DNA of 62,301 nt, counting the filler, from Bipalium vagum (lineage: Eukaryota), in assembly GCA_037834085.1 (NCBI GenBank). It is 3 parts of 3 records of this genome, joined end to end, with 100 filler letters (N's around TTAATTAATTAA, not from the genome) between each part and the next. Parts side by side here need not be neighbours in the genome. Positions count along the whole stretch, not along the records: positions 1 to 22,405 come from JBBMKC010221682.1; positions 22,506 to 44,798 come from JBBMKC010224117.1; 1 more part is not named here. One strand, 5' to 3'. Both the position numbers and the translations under genes were made by a program. A model generated the notes under the pieces. It was not told where the DNA came from and searched no databases. It saw nothing but the letters and a program-made list of their open reading frames with translations. Below, in pieces: positions 12,871 to 25,559 of this stretch (positions are counted from its first letter, which is position 1; the number at the start of each line of letters is the position of its first letter).

Positions 12871-14549
12871 TTAAAATGAATGTTAACAAAATTTAAAAAT
12901 TAAAACCTGAAAATAACCAAAAAATCAATAATTATGAAAAAAAATCCAGAAACTTTTGAAATATTAATGGAAATCGATAAGGCGAGTAAATTGAGATAGA
13001 AATAAAGACCGAGTAATTAATTAATAATAATAATTAATTAATTAAAATGGCTCAGCGTCGCCACGTCATTTCGCAACGGAGAAAAATCTATCGATACCCG
13101 ATTATGCAACAGTAAATTGCATTGTGAAAAGGGTTTTCTTTTCGAGCTGTGCTTGAGCAGAGCGCACACAGCTGCGTGACGATAAAATCAGCATCGATCC
13201 GTCGAAACACGTTTCACTTCGGCACAACTCAACCGTATCGATCGTTTAAATCTGATCGATCGATATAAATAATTTAAAATAAAAAATATCGGTATCGGTA
13301 AAGATATCTAAAAATAGCAACCCGATCAATTGTGACCGATGACGAATCATTTATTGATTTATATTCACTTTATCGGGGAAAATCGATAAAATTTAAAATA
13401 ATCAATAATTATTTTTTTTGAAATTGTAAATTTTGAAAAAAGATCGATAATTATATTAAAAATATCAATAATATGCGGAAAAATAAGCAACAATAATAAA
13501 AAATAAAATCAATTAATGTTAATAATAAAATCAATAAAATAAAGATAAGCCGAAAATAAATTAAATCAATATAAGTGATATTGAATAAAGTAAAAATGTC
13601 TTCAAGCATTTAATTAAAAATCAATAAAATAATAAAAATCAACGGTAAATATAAAAAATCAATAAAAATCGATATCAATTAAATAAAATTTACAATAATC
13701 GAAAAATTAAAAAAATCAATATCAAATAAGTTTTGGTAATTAAAAATTAAAAAATAATAAAATCAATAAATAATTAAATGACATCGATTATTTCAAAAAC
13801 GAAAAGACAAAACTGAACTCGTTCAACTATCATAAAATCAAATAAAAATAATATCGATCTATTTATCGATCGCCCAGTCGGTCGCCTAATCGACTGATCG
13901 AAAGCTAAAGCAAGCTGAATAAAAGCGTAGTCGCACCTGCCAGCTGGAGTCCGATCGGCGGTAGTAGAGAAAGTTATCGCGGATCCACTCGTAGATCTCG
14001 TAGAGCGCGATTTTCGGCTTGCCCAGGTCCAACATGGCCATGCAGATGAGCGTCGTGTACGAAAACGGAGGCTTGTTACGCCACGATGTTCTGTACTCGT
14101 GTCTCACCGACGGATCGAACAGGCCTTCGTTTCGCAGAGCGATCTGCAGCTTGACCGGGAAATATTTCAACAGATTCGAGCTGGTCGGAGATGGATTGCT
14201 GATGCCGCTGGAGACCGAGGACTTCTGATTGGGATTGTTGAAAAGGTGTGACAACGGGCTGAGAGAAAGACATTCCTCACCGTTGCCGTTCGAAACGATT
14301 GGTATGTTGATATTCTGCACGGTGGTCAAATTAAGTCATGAAACTAGCAAATTGTGGCCAGAAATTCGTTACCGTCAGCCAGTTGAGGCTTGTTAGAGAC
14401 TCATCTTCTGATGGAAAGCTTTCCGCTGTGTGTCTGCCAAGAATGTTCTTGTAGAGAATATTCGACAAGTTAGTAACATTGGACCATTTTGTGCGGCTAT
14501 TGTTGTCGGTGAAGATCATACTTCGTCGGGGTCCATCGATTGTCTTCAT
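11441..14549 (-). CDS. foxJ1: Forkhead box J1 family transcription factor (motile-cilia regulator family), 4 exons, ~514 aa
   Basis: Exons 14549-14373, 14314-13937, 12590-12135 and 11974-11441, all phase 0 with GT..AG introns. N-terminal motif [15 protein letters not shown]. Forkhead domain [34 protein letters not shown]|[33 protein letters not shown], whose VPRxKDExGKGGFW segment is FoxJ1-like. Acidic C-terminal LPLDLDDF. The paralog number cannot be assigned. Confidence 0.92.
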
Positions 14550-15149
14550 GGCGGCTTGATATTTAATGAACGGTGGCAAAATAACGAGCGGCAATAACGT
14601 CAGAGTATAAAGTGAATTGAATGAAAAATTAAATTGAGCGCAAAGTTTAAGTTAAATATAATCGATCGATTAAACAATTATTTAATTAAAACTGTAATAT
14701 ATTTAAATAACTTTTCATAAAACTTTGAAAAATTAATTTGTTTTCAAATTTTAAAATTAATAAAAATTTTTAAATTTTTCTTTCTTTCTTAAAATTTTAT
14801 TTTATTTAAGTATCATTCTTTGCATTTTAAAATCATTCTATGATAAAAAATTCAAAACCCATATTAAAAGAAATTTTGTTGTTGATGCTCATTAATTGGT
14901 CGATTTTGAAATAAAAAATGTTGAAACTCATAAAATTTAAATATTCTTATTCTTGTATTTATACTTTCCATATCTACCATCAGCTTTTACTTTATAAATG
15001 ATTAAATATGCTCACAGAACTTTAAGCAATATAAATATTACAATTAATATCAAGAGATTTCAAGTCCATACTTTATTTATTACAAAATTTAATTATTTAA
15101 TTGATTTGATTAAAATTCCATATTATTAAACTTGAAATTAGCTTTTTTT

Positions 15150-15560
15150 AATGAAAGATTCTCTCAATCTTTTATTGCTAGATCGTGAATCCAATATTCC
15201 ATTTATTGGCTGTAAAACCATCTTTAAGAATCTGGATTTCTTTAAAAACATTAACTTTACCCAATTCCAATACTTTGTTTCGAGAATATTCTTATCAGTC
15301 CACTAAATTTTACTTCTGGCGACATTCAACCTCAACATTATATTGAGGTTTCCTTAAAACTCAAGTCGTATTTTATTTTCAACATTGGGTTTGTCAAACT
15401 CTCAACTTTAGGTTGCTCGATAAATACATTGTTGCTAGCCATTGATTTACTCAGTTCTCTAAATACTAATCGATTGACCAGTGGCGTTCCTGGTCGATAT
15501 AATTTGGTATTTTTCGTGTTTCTTAATGATTTTTTTTTATTTTTGATATTTGTTTTCATG
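15150..15560 (-). mobile_element. Probable Gypsy pol remnant
   Basis: Stop-riddled translation including ..DGFTANKWNIGFTI.., which resembles the pre-RT 'F..nkwdiG.t' segment. A similar segment occurs in the 44100-44660 copy. Confidence 0.35.
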
Positions 15561-16325
15561 TTTTAACCCTTTTTGTCGTTTTTGAAATAAAACATTACTT
15601 ATAATCTGAAATATTAAGTTCTTAAGATTTTTTACGCTTTACATTACTATGAAGCATTGTATCGTACATTACTGGTCCTTTCTTTTTGGTTAATAACATG
15701 TTTGGAAATAATTGAATCAAAACGACCACAATAAAACTTTATTCTATCAACACAGATGATCGACACACAGTAAATCAATCTCAACTGTAGAATGTCTCTA
15801 ATAAATCAAATATGACAAATTCAAAATCGATAAATCGATCCAAATATACTGAAATCAAAACAATCAATAAATATAAAAGTCAAATAAAATAAAATTCAGA
15901 TCAAAGTAATAAGTCAAATTTAATCAATAAGTTCGTTAATTATTAAAAGTAAAACAAAAACAAAGTGAAGATCTCATCACTTTAAGAAAAATCGCATAAA
16001 ATCGGGCTTAGTAAAAAAAATGATCACCAGTAATTTTCTTCCCACGTATTCTCTCAATGTTAATTCTCTTCTGTCGATAATTTTCTATTAAATTTTCTGA
16101 CACAACCGAATTCTTCATTTCTAAATTACCTTAACACTCCAAATAGTCTATTAAAAACAAATAAAAACTGAATTCTTTTTGTGGCAGTCTATTTAGGATT
16201 TCAGTGTCTTATACTGATCAGAGCACTATTCAATTGTAGACCAGTATTCTTAATTGGGAGTGTCAAATTCTTTTTTATGCACTTAATCCTAAATCGGTCC
16301 ATAAATAATTTATGAATCGGTCCTA

Positions 16326-16363
16326 ATCTAATCTTGACAATTCAATATTTGTCAAGATTAGAT
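16326..16363. repeat. Perfect 15-bp inverted repeat (hairpin, 8-nt loop)
   Basis: atctaatcttgacaa-ttcaatat-ttgtcaagattagat. Confidence 0.9.
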
Positions 16364-18559
16364 CATTTAATTATAAAAAATATTATTATTTTATTATTAG
16401 TAGTATTATTAACTTTATTATGTACTTTAATAATAATACTATTATTATTATTATTCTATTTCCGGTTGTTATAGTAAGTTGAATATTATGTTATTCTAGA
16501 CCCTTGAGATCTTCTAATTCAAATGATAATTCAAAGGGTTAAAGTAATGTGTCTTGGGTAACCAATGAAGATAATTACAAATTAGTTTCAAATTAAAATA
16601 AATAAAAGCAACTAATCTAATAAAATATCTGAATTCAAAATCAAATGTTTTATAAAAATCTTCCTCTATTCCTTGACGGCCTTGTTCAAGAGGCATCTTG
16701 ACATAATCTCCACATTTACAAAGCATGATTATTTTAATAACAAATATTTGTGATACACGATTTACGTATTAAATAAGTTTTAATTTTTATATATTGTTTA
16801 TATTTGAAAAATAATTACCAAAATATTAACGTTTAATCTGATTTCAAAGATCTTATTTCTGGATACGCCACACGAGATATTAAACATAAATTTAAAGTTT
16901 AATTGATATACAACAACGATAAGGTTTTTGTTCATAAGATAACGGAAAATCGACAGAGTTGTCCTAATTATTTGATGTTCTCATAGATTGATTTTGTAAG
17001 CCTCAATAATTTTAATTAAGGTTTTCATTTCGTTACGACATTTTTTTGGAACTTTGTCTGTTGGCCTCCTCATTTCGTCTTTATATTATTTTCTAAGAAT
17101 GCAAAAACCTATGGTATAAAAGAAATAATTTAATATTTTCTTGGAGAAATATTTCTTTCAAATTTAACGACTTCTCCGAATTTCATTTCGAGATTTAATT
17201 TATTGATTATCGGATGTCCCGGACAGATCCTGCGTTTTATCTCTTTATGTTGATAGCTCATTACCGAGATCATATAACAGATCCGAAACATGGTCAAGAT
17301 TCTATTGACAAAGAAGAGAATATTTGTTGTGGGACAGATACGTTTAGCATTTACAATGGTCCTCGACCGACTTTCTTCATTATGATCACTCTGTAATGGA
17401 ATAAAATAATTCGGGGAATATTTTCTGTTTAAAATAAGTGTCAACTAAAAGACAAAAGTTTCCTAATTTGTTTAAGGACAATAAAAGTTAATCAATAAAT
17501 AATAATAAAACAGAACAGCAAAACCTAAGCGAAATAATTGGGGAAAATATTTCCTTTTTTTTTTAAAATTATTTTGTTTTTTTTAACAATAAAAAAATAT
17601 TTTTAAAATTATTTTAAATTTATTAAATGATTTAATTTAATTAAAATATTAAAAATAAAATTTAATACATTTCAAAGACAAAATGGAGACCTTTTGTATT
17701 CTTCGTTTTTCGGTAACTTCTTTGGAATCTGATTTTCAGTAAACCTTCAATTTTGAAAGTCGCCATTTTGGTAACGAAAGCTTCTGTAAATAATAAAGTG
17801 TCAGAATGGAGTATTTCCTTTTTTGGAGTTACTTTTTTAAGTGTTGACAATTTTTAGAAGAAATTTGATTTAACTGCGCCGTTTATAAATTGTTTTAATG
17901 ATTTAATGAAAGACCCACGAAGATATATTGATTGGTTTGGACTTTATATTGATTTATTGAATAAAAGTTCATTAATTTCGAAAATATTTGATAACGTTTG
18001 ATTATTCTGCATTTGCGAATGATTTATTTAGTTTTAAAAAATTAAATAATTTTTAAAGTTCCTTTGTCAAAATTTGAGTAATGAGAATAAATGGTTTTTA
18101 TTCTACTTTTGACGGAAAGAACTCCATTGAGAAATTTTAACTGAATTTCATCAGAACCACACAACCTGGTGTTATTGTTTAAATGAGGTCTACCTTTTCT
18201 CATTGGTTGTGTTTAACAACAAAGTTTTAATAGTGAAACATTAAGATCAACTGTGGATCTCTAATCAATGCAAAATTTATTTCAATTTATTTATATTCTT
18301 ACTCGAATATTGGACAGCTGAGTGAGCCTTTGATAATTTTCCGTATATCACAGCGTTGCTTCTAAGGGTAGTGCCTATTTACAGCTATTGTTTCTAATAT
18401 CGACAGAAAGGATGGGAAAACAATTATTTTATAGTCATAGAAAACCCTATCGAAGCATTGCGACTTCTCTGTCATATTTATTATAATTAGAAATTATAAA
18501 ATTTTAACAATGTTCAAACCCATGAAACGCAGGAATCGCTTTCTTTCGTAACAATATCA

Positions 18560-18900
18560 TCACAAAAGCGACAAAAATAATACTTGGAGGTTATATCACT
18601 GCCTGCGGGGTGCGGGGCATGAAAGAGAATATTCACGTACTAATGAAGGGAAAGCCTACCCAGTAATATGACTATTGTTACAAAGCCAAGCCAGAAACCA
18701 GTCTGAAGGGTTGCAATTGCAAATTATCCGGAGCCTGTGTCGTCACTAATTGGAAGAAATCAATTTCATTCATTTAAACAATAACGACAGAGAGAGCTTG
18801 TCTGACACTGGTACTGAAATCTGTCCCTTCATTTAAACGAGAATTAATGCAAAACAATTATTAATATTAAAAGCATTATCTTGGTAACATGTGCACTAAG
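18560..18900 (+). mobile_element. Probable LTR retrotransposon gag-protease remnant
   Basis: Decayed zinc knuckle LYHCLRGAGHERE followed by the aspartic-protease-like SLSDTGTEIC. Confidence 0.35.
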
Positions 18901-19199
18901 CCTTGAGTGATTTTAAAAAATTGTTCAGTAAAGGAGAAAAGTGTAATATAAAATGTAATAAGAAGGACGTGTAACAAAAATTGAGCTTTATTCGGGCTTC
19001 AAAGAATTCTTTTTGTTTATAATATCATTTAATAAAAATGATTATTAGAATAATAATTTTCAATTATTAATATATCCAAATAAATATTGATTGGATTGCA
19101 TTCCCAATAATCGGCATATTTTTGTTTTAAATCGTTAAATTAATCAATTTTCCCATTATGAAAGGTGTAATATTTTAAGAAAAGTCTAAAAGTAAGATA

Positions 19200-19480
19200 A
19201 TTATAATTAATGATTTGTTATAGAAGATATCCAGATGATAGCAGTTTTAAATGAATTGCAAAATAATTGAGAAAATATCAGAGAGACATTGGAATATGAT
19301 CTTATTGGATGAATTTTATCATCGTAAAAATCGATGAACGAAACTAGCTAAACGCAAATTTTACCATGGACATCAAGTAAATCATGGATGAACAGTTGAT
19401 GGGATAAAAGGTACAAATGAGGGAAACAGTTTCATTGTAGAAATAATAACCGTGGTGCAGATAAATTGACGAAAATAAAA
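19200..19480 (+). mobile_element. Merlin transposase fragment
   Basis: Frameshifted IVKIDE..LAKRKFYHGHQVNHG*TVDGIKGTNE..FIVE matches the Merlin VEIDESKFGKRKYxRG..WVFGG core. Confidence 0.7.
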
Positions 19481-20169
19481 AGGGACTAACAAACTGGGTG
19501 AAAGGGGTTACCTTTAAAAAAGGGTATTTTGGGTATTTTTGATTCACCTTAATAAGATAGTTTATTGCGATTATTTTGATTCAACCGCATATATATATAT
19601 TATCGAAGTACTTTTAGATTTAACCAACACGTTATCAACAAAGTGAGGAGTTAGGAAAGTTCAGCCTAAAGTTACACATTTCGATAGAGGAATAAATCAA
19701 TTTTATTCTCAACCAGAAAATATAATAAAAAAAGATCAAACAAATAATACATTTTCAAATAACTTTGATAAAAGAAAATAGTCATTTGGAAGGAAGAGAA
19801 GGAAAACAGTTGGATGGATTTGAAAACATAATGAAATCAATATTTAAATACCAAAATGAAGGAGGATCCTCGTATATCAAATTTATCATTATTTAATTAA
19901 ATAAATATAGAAATTTTAAAAAATAATGATATGAGTATATGAGTTAAAATATAGTGATATTTTTGATGAAGAAAAATATATTAATAAATTAAATTTAAAA
20001 ATAATAATTCTCCAATAAAAATAAATTATTTGAGAAGATTTATTAATCAAAATGATATTTTGCCATGTTTTAATTTTTTCTAAATTTTTCAATTTTTCTA
20101 ATTTTTTTGATTTTTTAATGACATTTTCGCAATAGTATAAAAATAGAAAAATCTGAAATTAAAAATTTT

Positions 20170-20823
20170 GACTGTATCGTAAAACTTGTTTCGACATTTT
20201 AACATTACTAATTTTATCTATAAAAAAATTTAATTACTAAAATAAATCTATAAAGGGATTTTATGTGGATTTTTCTCATATCATTTGCTGTTAAAATATC
20301 TGATAATTTCGTCCTTTTGAAAAATTTTGGAATCGATTTTCTCTTTCTGCATTCTAATAAGAAGTCTAAATGTTGATTGATTTTCTCAACTTTAATAAAG
20401 TATTTTCTATATTCCAAATATATTATTCTTAATCTTGTGAACAATATAAATTTATTTTTCGAAATTTATTTTTCCCATAATTATTCTGAATTCGTTCTCT
20501 TTAACTTTGCTTTTTCTTTCACCACAGTTTACTGAATGATCCAACACCTTGCTTGATCTGCTTGGTTGTGAATGCTCGCTAATGCGTGTTCTGAAATGAC
20601 TCTGTGTCTCTCCTATATAGATTTTTACATCCATGACTTGTAAATTGGTACACGACATTAGCTCGCAACACTATTGGTGTATGACCAATTTACTTGTCAT
20701 GGATGTAATAATCTATACATAGGAGAGACACAGCGTCATTTCAGAACACGCATTAGCGAGCATTCACAACCAAGCAGAACAAGCAAGGTGTTGGATCATT
20801 CAGTAAAATGTGGTGAAAGAAAA
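20170..20823 (-). mobile_element. Penelope-like element fragment: GIY-YIG endonuclease end, ORF N-terminus and an inverted copy of the GIY-YIG segment
   Basis: The minus strand encodes YIGETQSHFRTRISEH (GIY-YIG), followed by ..KINQHLDFLLECRKRKSIPKF (typical PLE N-terminus). The plus strand at 20684-20823 is an inverted copy of 20512-20649. Confidence 0.8.
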
Positions 20824-21179
20824 TAATTAGATTTTTTATTGTTTAGATATAATAAATCTTACTTAATTTAAATTGAAATTAATTTTTTGATTAATGTATT
20901 GTGCATGAAATATTTGTAAGGTTTTAAAATAACTTTTGGCTAACAAATCAACTAATTACTTAACATAAAACTATTTGTTATAACATATCAGATAATTAAT
21001 TCCAACTAATCATTGCCGAACTAATTTAAAAGTGAAATTATTTATATCTTATTATATAAATTAAGCGTTTGAAGATTAAATATTAAATGTAAGTACTTCT
21101 GTTTGTCAAATACTAAGATTTTATTAAAAAATTATTTAGTAAATTGCAAGATTAACCGACACCGATTAACCGACTACCA

Positions 21180-22096
21180 CGACACCGGAAAATCAAACAG
21201 ATAAATCGGCACTAAGTTAGAAAAGAATGAAAGTATTATAAGATACTTTTTGAAGAATAAAAATAAAGAAAAGAAGACACGGGGTCCTAAGGCGAAAAAT
21301 TCCGTAGCAACGAAGTGTTCCATTATTATGAATGCCAGTAGCTAAAGTGCGAAAATAAAAACGCTATTCAATATAAATTTGTCCGTACAGAGTATTAGAA
21401 AGATTTTAAAAAAATCTCGGACGATCCGGTATAAGAAGATGTTGGTAAAACCCCCTTTGAAGCCACAACATAAAATCAATCGTGTCTGCTGGGCTGAAGA
21501 GAAATTGTCGTGGGTCACCGAATGGGAAAAGATCATCTGGAGTGACGAGAAGAAGTTTAATTTGGATGGACTTGACGGTTACACATATTATTGGCACAAT
21601 TTGCGGAAGGAGGAGATATCTTTTTTGAATAGACACACTGGAGTAGGTTCCTTGTTGATTCGTGATTACCACGAGAAGTCAACTCTCGCGATTATTACCG
21701 GCAGGCTTAATCAATTTGATTATCAAATGCTTTTAGGAGAACATTTACTTCCTTTTATGGATGATTTTTGGCGTAGTCAAACCAATTTTTCAACAGGATA
21801 ATTGTCTATGCCATGTTGCACATTCCACTTTGCAATGGATGCCAGACAGAAATATCGATGTTATATCTTGGCCACCCTATTCACAAGACCTGAATCCCGT
21901 AGAAACTCTTTTGTGGATATTAGCACATTGGGTATATGCTAATGGGAAACAATATGAATCAATTTCAGAGCTGGCACGAGAGGTCATTCGCTGTTGGAAA
22001 GAAATCCATAACAGCGTCCTGACAGCACTGGTAAATTCTATGCCAAATAGAATTTATGAAGTGATTTATTTTCATGGAAGTTCAAATAAATATTAA
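21180..22096 (+). mobile_element. Tc1/Tc3-like DD34E transposase, frameshifted
   Basis: WSDEKKFNLDG..YYWH in ORF 21379-21801, then FQQDN..(34 aa)..WPPYSQDLNPVE in ORF 21761-22096. Frameshift near 21770. Confidence 0.9.
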
Positions 22097-22405
22097 TATA
22101 ATCGAAAAACAATTCAAAATATATTTTTTGTTATGATATATCTTTTTATAAATATGTGGTAATAAATTATTGTTTTTTTTTATTTCATTTATACTTTTTT
22201 TAAAAACTTTTTCATTATATTTTTTTTGTAAAAATAGATAGATATATATATATATATTTATATTTATACTTATTATATATATTATATTTATATATTATAT
22301 TTATTATATTATATTTATTATATATATATTTAATCTTGTGAACATCATAAATTTATTTTTTAAATAGACGCATTTCAATAGTTTTGAACAAATTTTTTCC
22401 AAACA

Positions 22406-22505
22406 NNNNNNNNNNNNNNNNNNNNNNNNNNNNNNNNNNNNNNNNNNNNTTAATTAATTAANNNNNNNNNNNNNNNNNNNNNNNNNNNNNNNNNNNNNNN
22501 NNNNN
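22406..22505. other. Assembly gap linker (44 N + TTAATTAATTAA + 44 N)
   Basis: Exactly 100 bp. The 12-mer places stop codons in all six frames. Confidence 0.97.
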
Positions 22506-22511
22506 ATAATA

Positions 22512-23741
22512 TTGTGTCGTCAAGTATGAAATTTGTAGGTCAATGTAAACAGCTGATTATTTGACAATTGATTCATATTTTACCATCCGGTTTTCTTCAG
22601 AAAGTTACATTCTTCGCCTTTTAAACAAATCAATATTATCTTTAAATAATAATGATTATTTCTTTTAATAATAAAATTATTTAAAAATGAAAGAAGCAGA
22701 AATTCGAATCATTATGAAATATGAATTTTCTCGAGGAACTGCAGCATTTCAGACCGCGCGAAATATTAATGGAGTATTTGGCTGCAGTGTAACTACATAG
22801 CAGACTGTGGCAAATTTTTTTGGTAAATTTTGAAAAGGTAAATTTGGCTTCACAAATGAGTTACGCAGTCCGCCAGTACCAAAGGTCTGTAATGACTAAT
22901 TAAAGGTCACCGTTGAGTCTGATCCATCTCAAAGCGTCCATAAATTATCCTTGAAGTCTGGTGTCAGTGCGCAAACAATATTATTTCATTTATCTCAAAT
23001 AGATAAAGTGAAAAGGCGGATAAATGGTTCCACATGAACTCAAAAAAAGAAATTAAAGCGTTTGGAATCCTGTTTGGTGATGCTTTCTCGTCACAAATCT
23101 GATCCATTTTTGAATCTTTCGTCACCTGTGACAAAAAATGGATCAAATATGACAATCGCAAACGTTCAGCACTATTGCTGGACAAGGATGAAGCACCAAA
23201 ACACACTTCAAAGCCTAAAATTCATCAGAAATATCTGATGATGAGTGTTTAGTGGTCTAGCTCAGGCATTATCAATTTTGATTTGATGAAACCTGAATCA
23301 TCGATTACCGCAGAAGTATACTGCAAGCAATTAAAGGATATGATGGAAAAACTTAAAGAAAAAGAGCCCGGATTGGTCAATAGATTGACTCTTATCTTAA
23401 TGTATGACAACACTAGACCACACAATGCACAAATGACTGTGACAAAACTGCAAGAATTAAAGTTGGAACTTCATCATTCTCCATAATCACCAGATATGGC
23501 TCGCACCGACTACCATTTATTTTAAAATTTGGAGAACTTTTAATAGGAAAGCAATTCAATTCTGATGATGGTGTAAAATTGGCCTTCCATGAAGTCATTA
23601 ACTCCATTCCACCAGGGTTTTATACAACCGGTATGAACAAGCTGCCGCTTAAATGGCAAAAGATGATTAGATTAATTCTTTGTGTTTGTATTTTATTAAT
23701 AAAATTTCTTTTTTTTACAAATTTCATAATTGACTATCCAA
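22512..23741 (+). mobile_element. Full-length defective mariner element
   Basis: TA-flanked TIRs ttgtgtcgtcaagtatgaaatttgta / tacaaatttcataattgactatccaa. Transposase runs from ATG ~22687 (MKEAEIRIIMKYEF) through WVPHE-like, VTCDKKW, YDNTRPH and SPDMA..TDYHLF motifs, with stops and frameshifts. Confidence 0.92.
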
Positions 23742-24912
23742 TATTATGAAAGAAATCGGGTGTTCAGAGATAATCTTAACAGGAAATAATCCCCAAATAT
23801 CCATTTAAAGGAGCAAAATGAAAAAGACAGATGCAACCCATCGTTTCTATGATTGAAGATAAAGTTTTTTAGGACGCCTTCCAAATAATGATTGGTCTCA
23901 AACATCTCGATCACTTAAGGAGTGCTACATTTGGGATAGGAAGAGATAGAGATGTCTCAACTATCAGCTCTTCAGCAAGATGTCTCTTGTATTATTGTTC
24001 TCAGTTGATCGAGCAACATCCCTCCCTCAAACCCAGAACCACGTCCTAGACAGAGTCTAATCTACGAGAAAGAAAAGTAGGCGTAATTAGAAAAAGTCGT
24101 ATCGAACGAAAAGAGGTTGCCAATGTCCCAAATTAATTATCATTTCCTTGGATGGGAATAAATTTCCCTTTCTCAAACATGCTTTGCTAATTTCTCCATT
24201 CGCTCATTCAAGCGCACAATGAGAAAATGGGGATAATTTATTAATATTTTTCCTTGTTTTAATTATTGGAAGATTTATTTAATTGTGAATTTTAAATCGA
24301 TTTTCGTATGAATCTTTGACCTAACTGGGCGAAAATATTTCAATTAGGCCTTCGTGGCTGAACGAGAGCAACGACCGTTGCCTTGGCTGAATTTAATTAG
24401 ATTTCTCCACATCTTATCACAGGACCCATCTTATCCAAGATCGGACTTTGATAAATAAATTTATTCTGATCAAATTTGTTTCGGTGGAACATAAAGACGA
24501 AATAATGTTTGAGAAAGAAACGATTTTTCCCCGAACAATTCTGTCGACGAAATCTTCATTAGTGAAAATTGTCGATTTTTACAATTTTATTTATTTTTCG
24601 AATCAATTTATTTATTTTTTCTCTCATTTAGAGCGAAATCAGCTGAGCAAAACAAATCTTGCCAAGGCCAAGTGAGAGTGGATTAAATTGAGAGGAGCTT
24701 CGTTTGTGTTTTCACTGAACTTTTCAAAAATAAATCTTTACGTATTTATTTATTTTTATTTATTTATAACAGTGTAATAAATAATATTTTTTATGTATTA
24801 TATTATAGAATGGCAAAAATATTACTGTTTTAAAAATAATATTATATTTTTTGAAATTCAGTCTTGTAGATACAAAATTAATAATATTAATAATAAGTAA
24901 TAATAAATATTA

Positions 24913-25436
24913 CCGTAGATACTCGAATATAAGTCGAGGTTTTTTTCTATAAAATTTGATGAAAAAAATAGGGTCGACTTATACAAGAGTCATAGCAGTC
25001 TTAACCAATATAATGGCTATATTTATGCAATGTATCACGCTGTGTTCATAATTGAATACTGGTTATAATTTATGTTTAGTTTTTTTTCCAGTGATAAATT
25101 TATTTCAAATTTGACTAATATAAATATGACTAATGAGCAGGCATTGTAACTTCTTCAATCAGACTCGGATTCCGAATTTTGTGGTTTTGAATAAATGTTA
25201 CCTATGATACCATGTTTGTAAATAAAAATATATAAATATTATCACGAATATTTTGCAATAACGTATCAAAAGATTGGCATTTTTTCCTTGTTATTTTCCA
25301 AATGTACGAAAGTGGAAACTACCCAGACATATAATTTTACCTCGACTTATATAAGAGTCATACGGTTTTTCACAGAATTTCCCATTTTTCCTCCTCGACT
25401 TATACACGAGGTCGACTTATATGCGAGTACCTACGG
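24913..25436 (+). mobile_element. pogo/Tigger-type non-autonomous element (MITE)
   Basis: TA|CCGTA...TACGG|TA ends, TIR ccgtagatactcgaatataagtcga, internal cgacttata repeats, and a retained acidic transposase tail SDSDSEFCGFE*. Confidence 0.85.
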
Positions 25437-25559
25437 TAATTATAAAAAATAATTATGAAATGATAAAATGAAAAATATAAAATAATATTGGCAATTAAAA
25501 TTATATAATAATAGAAAAATTAAAAAATAATATTAATAATAAAAACAACTAATAAAAAT

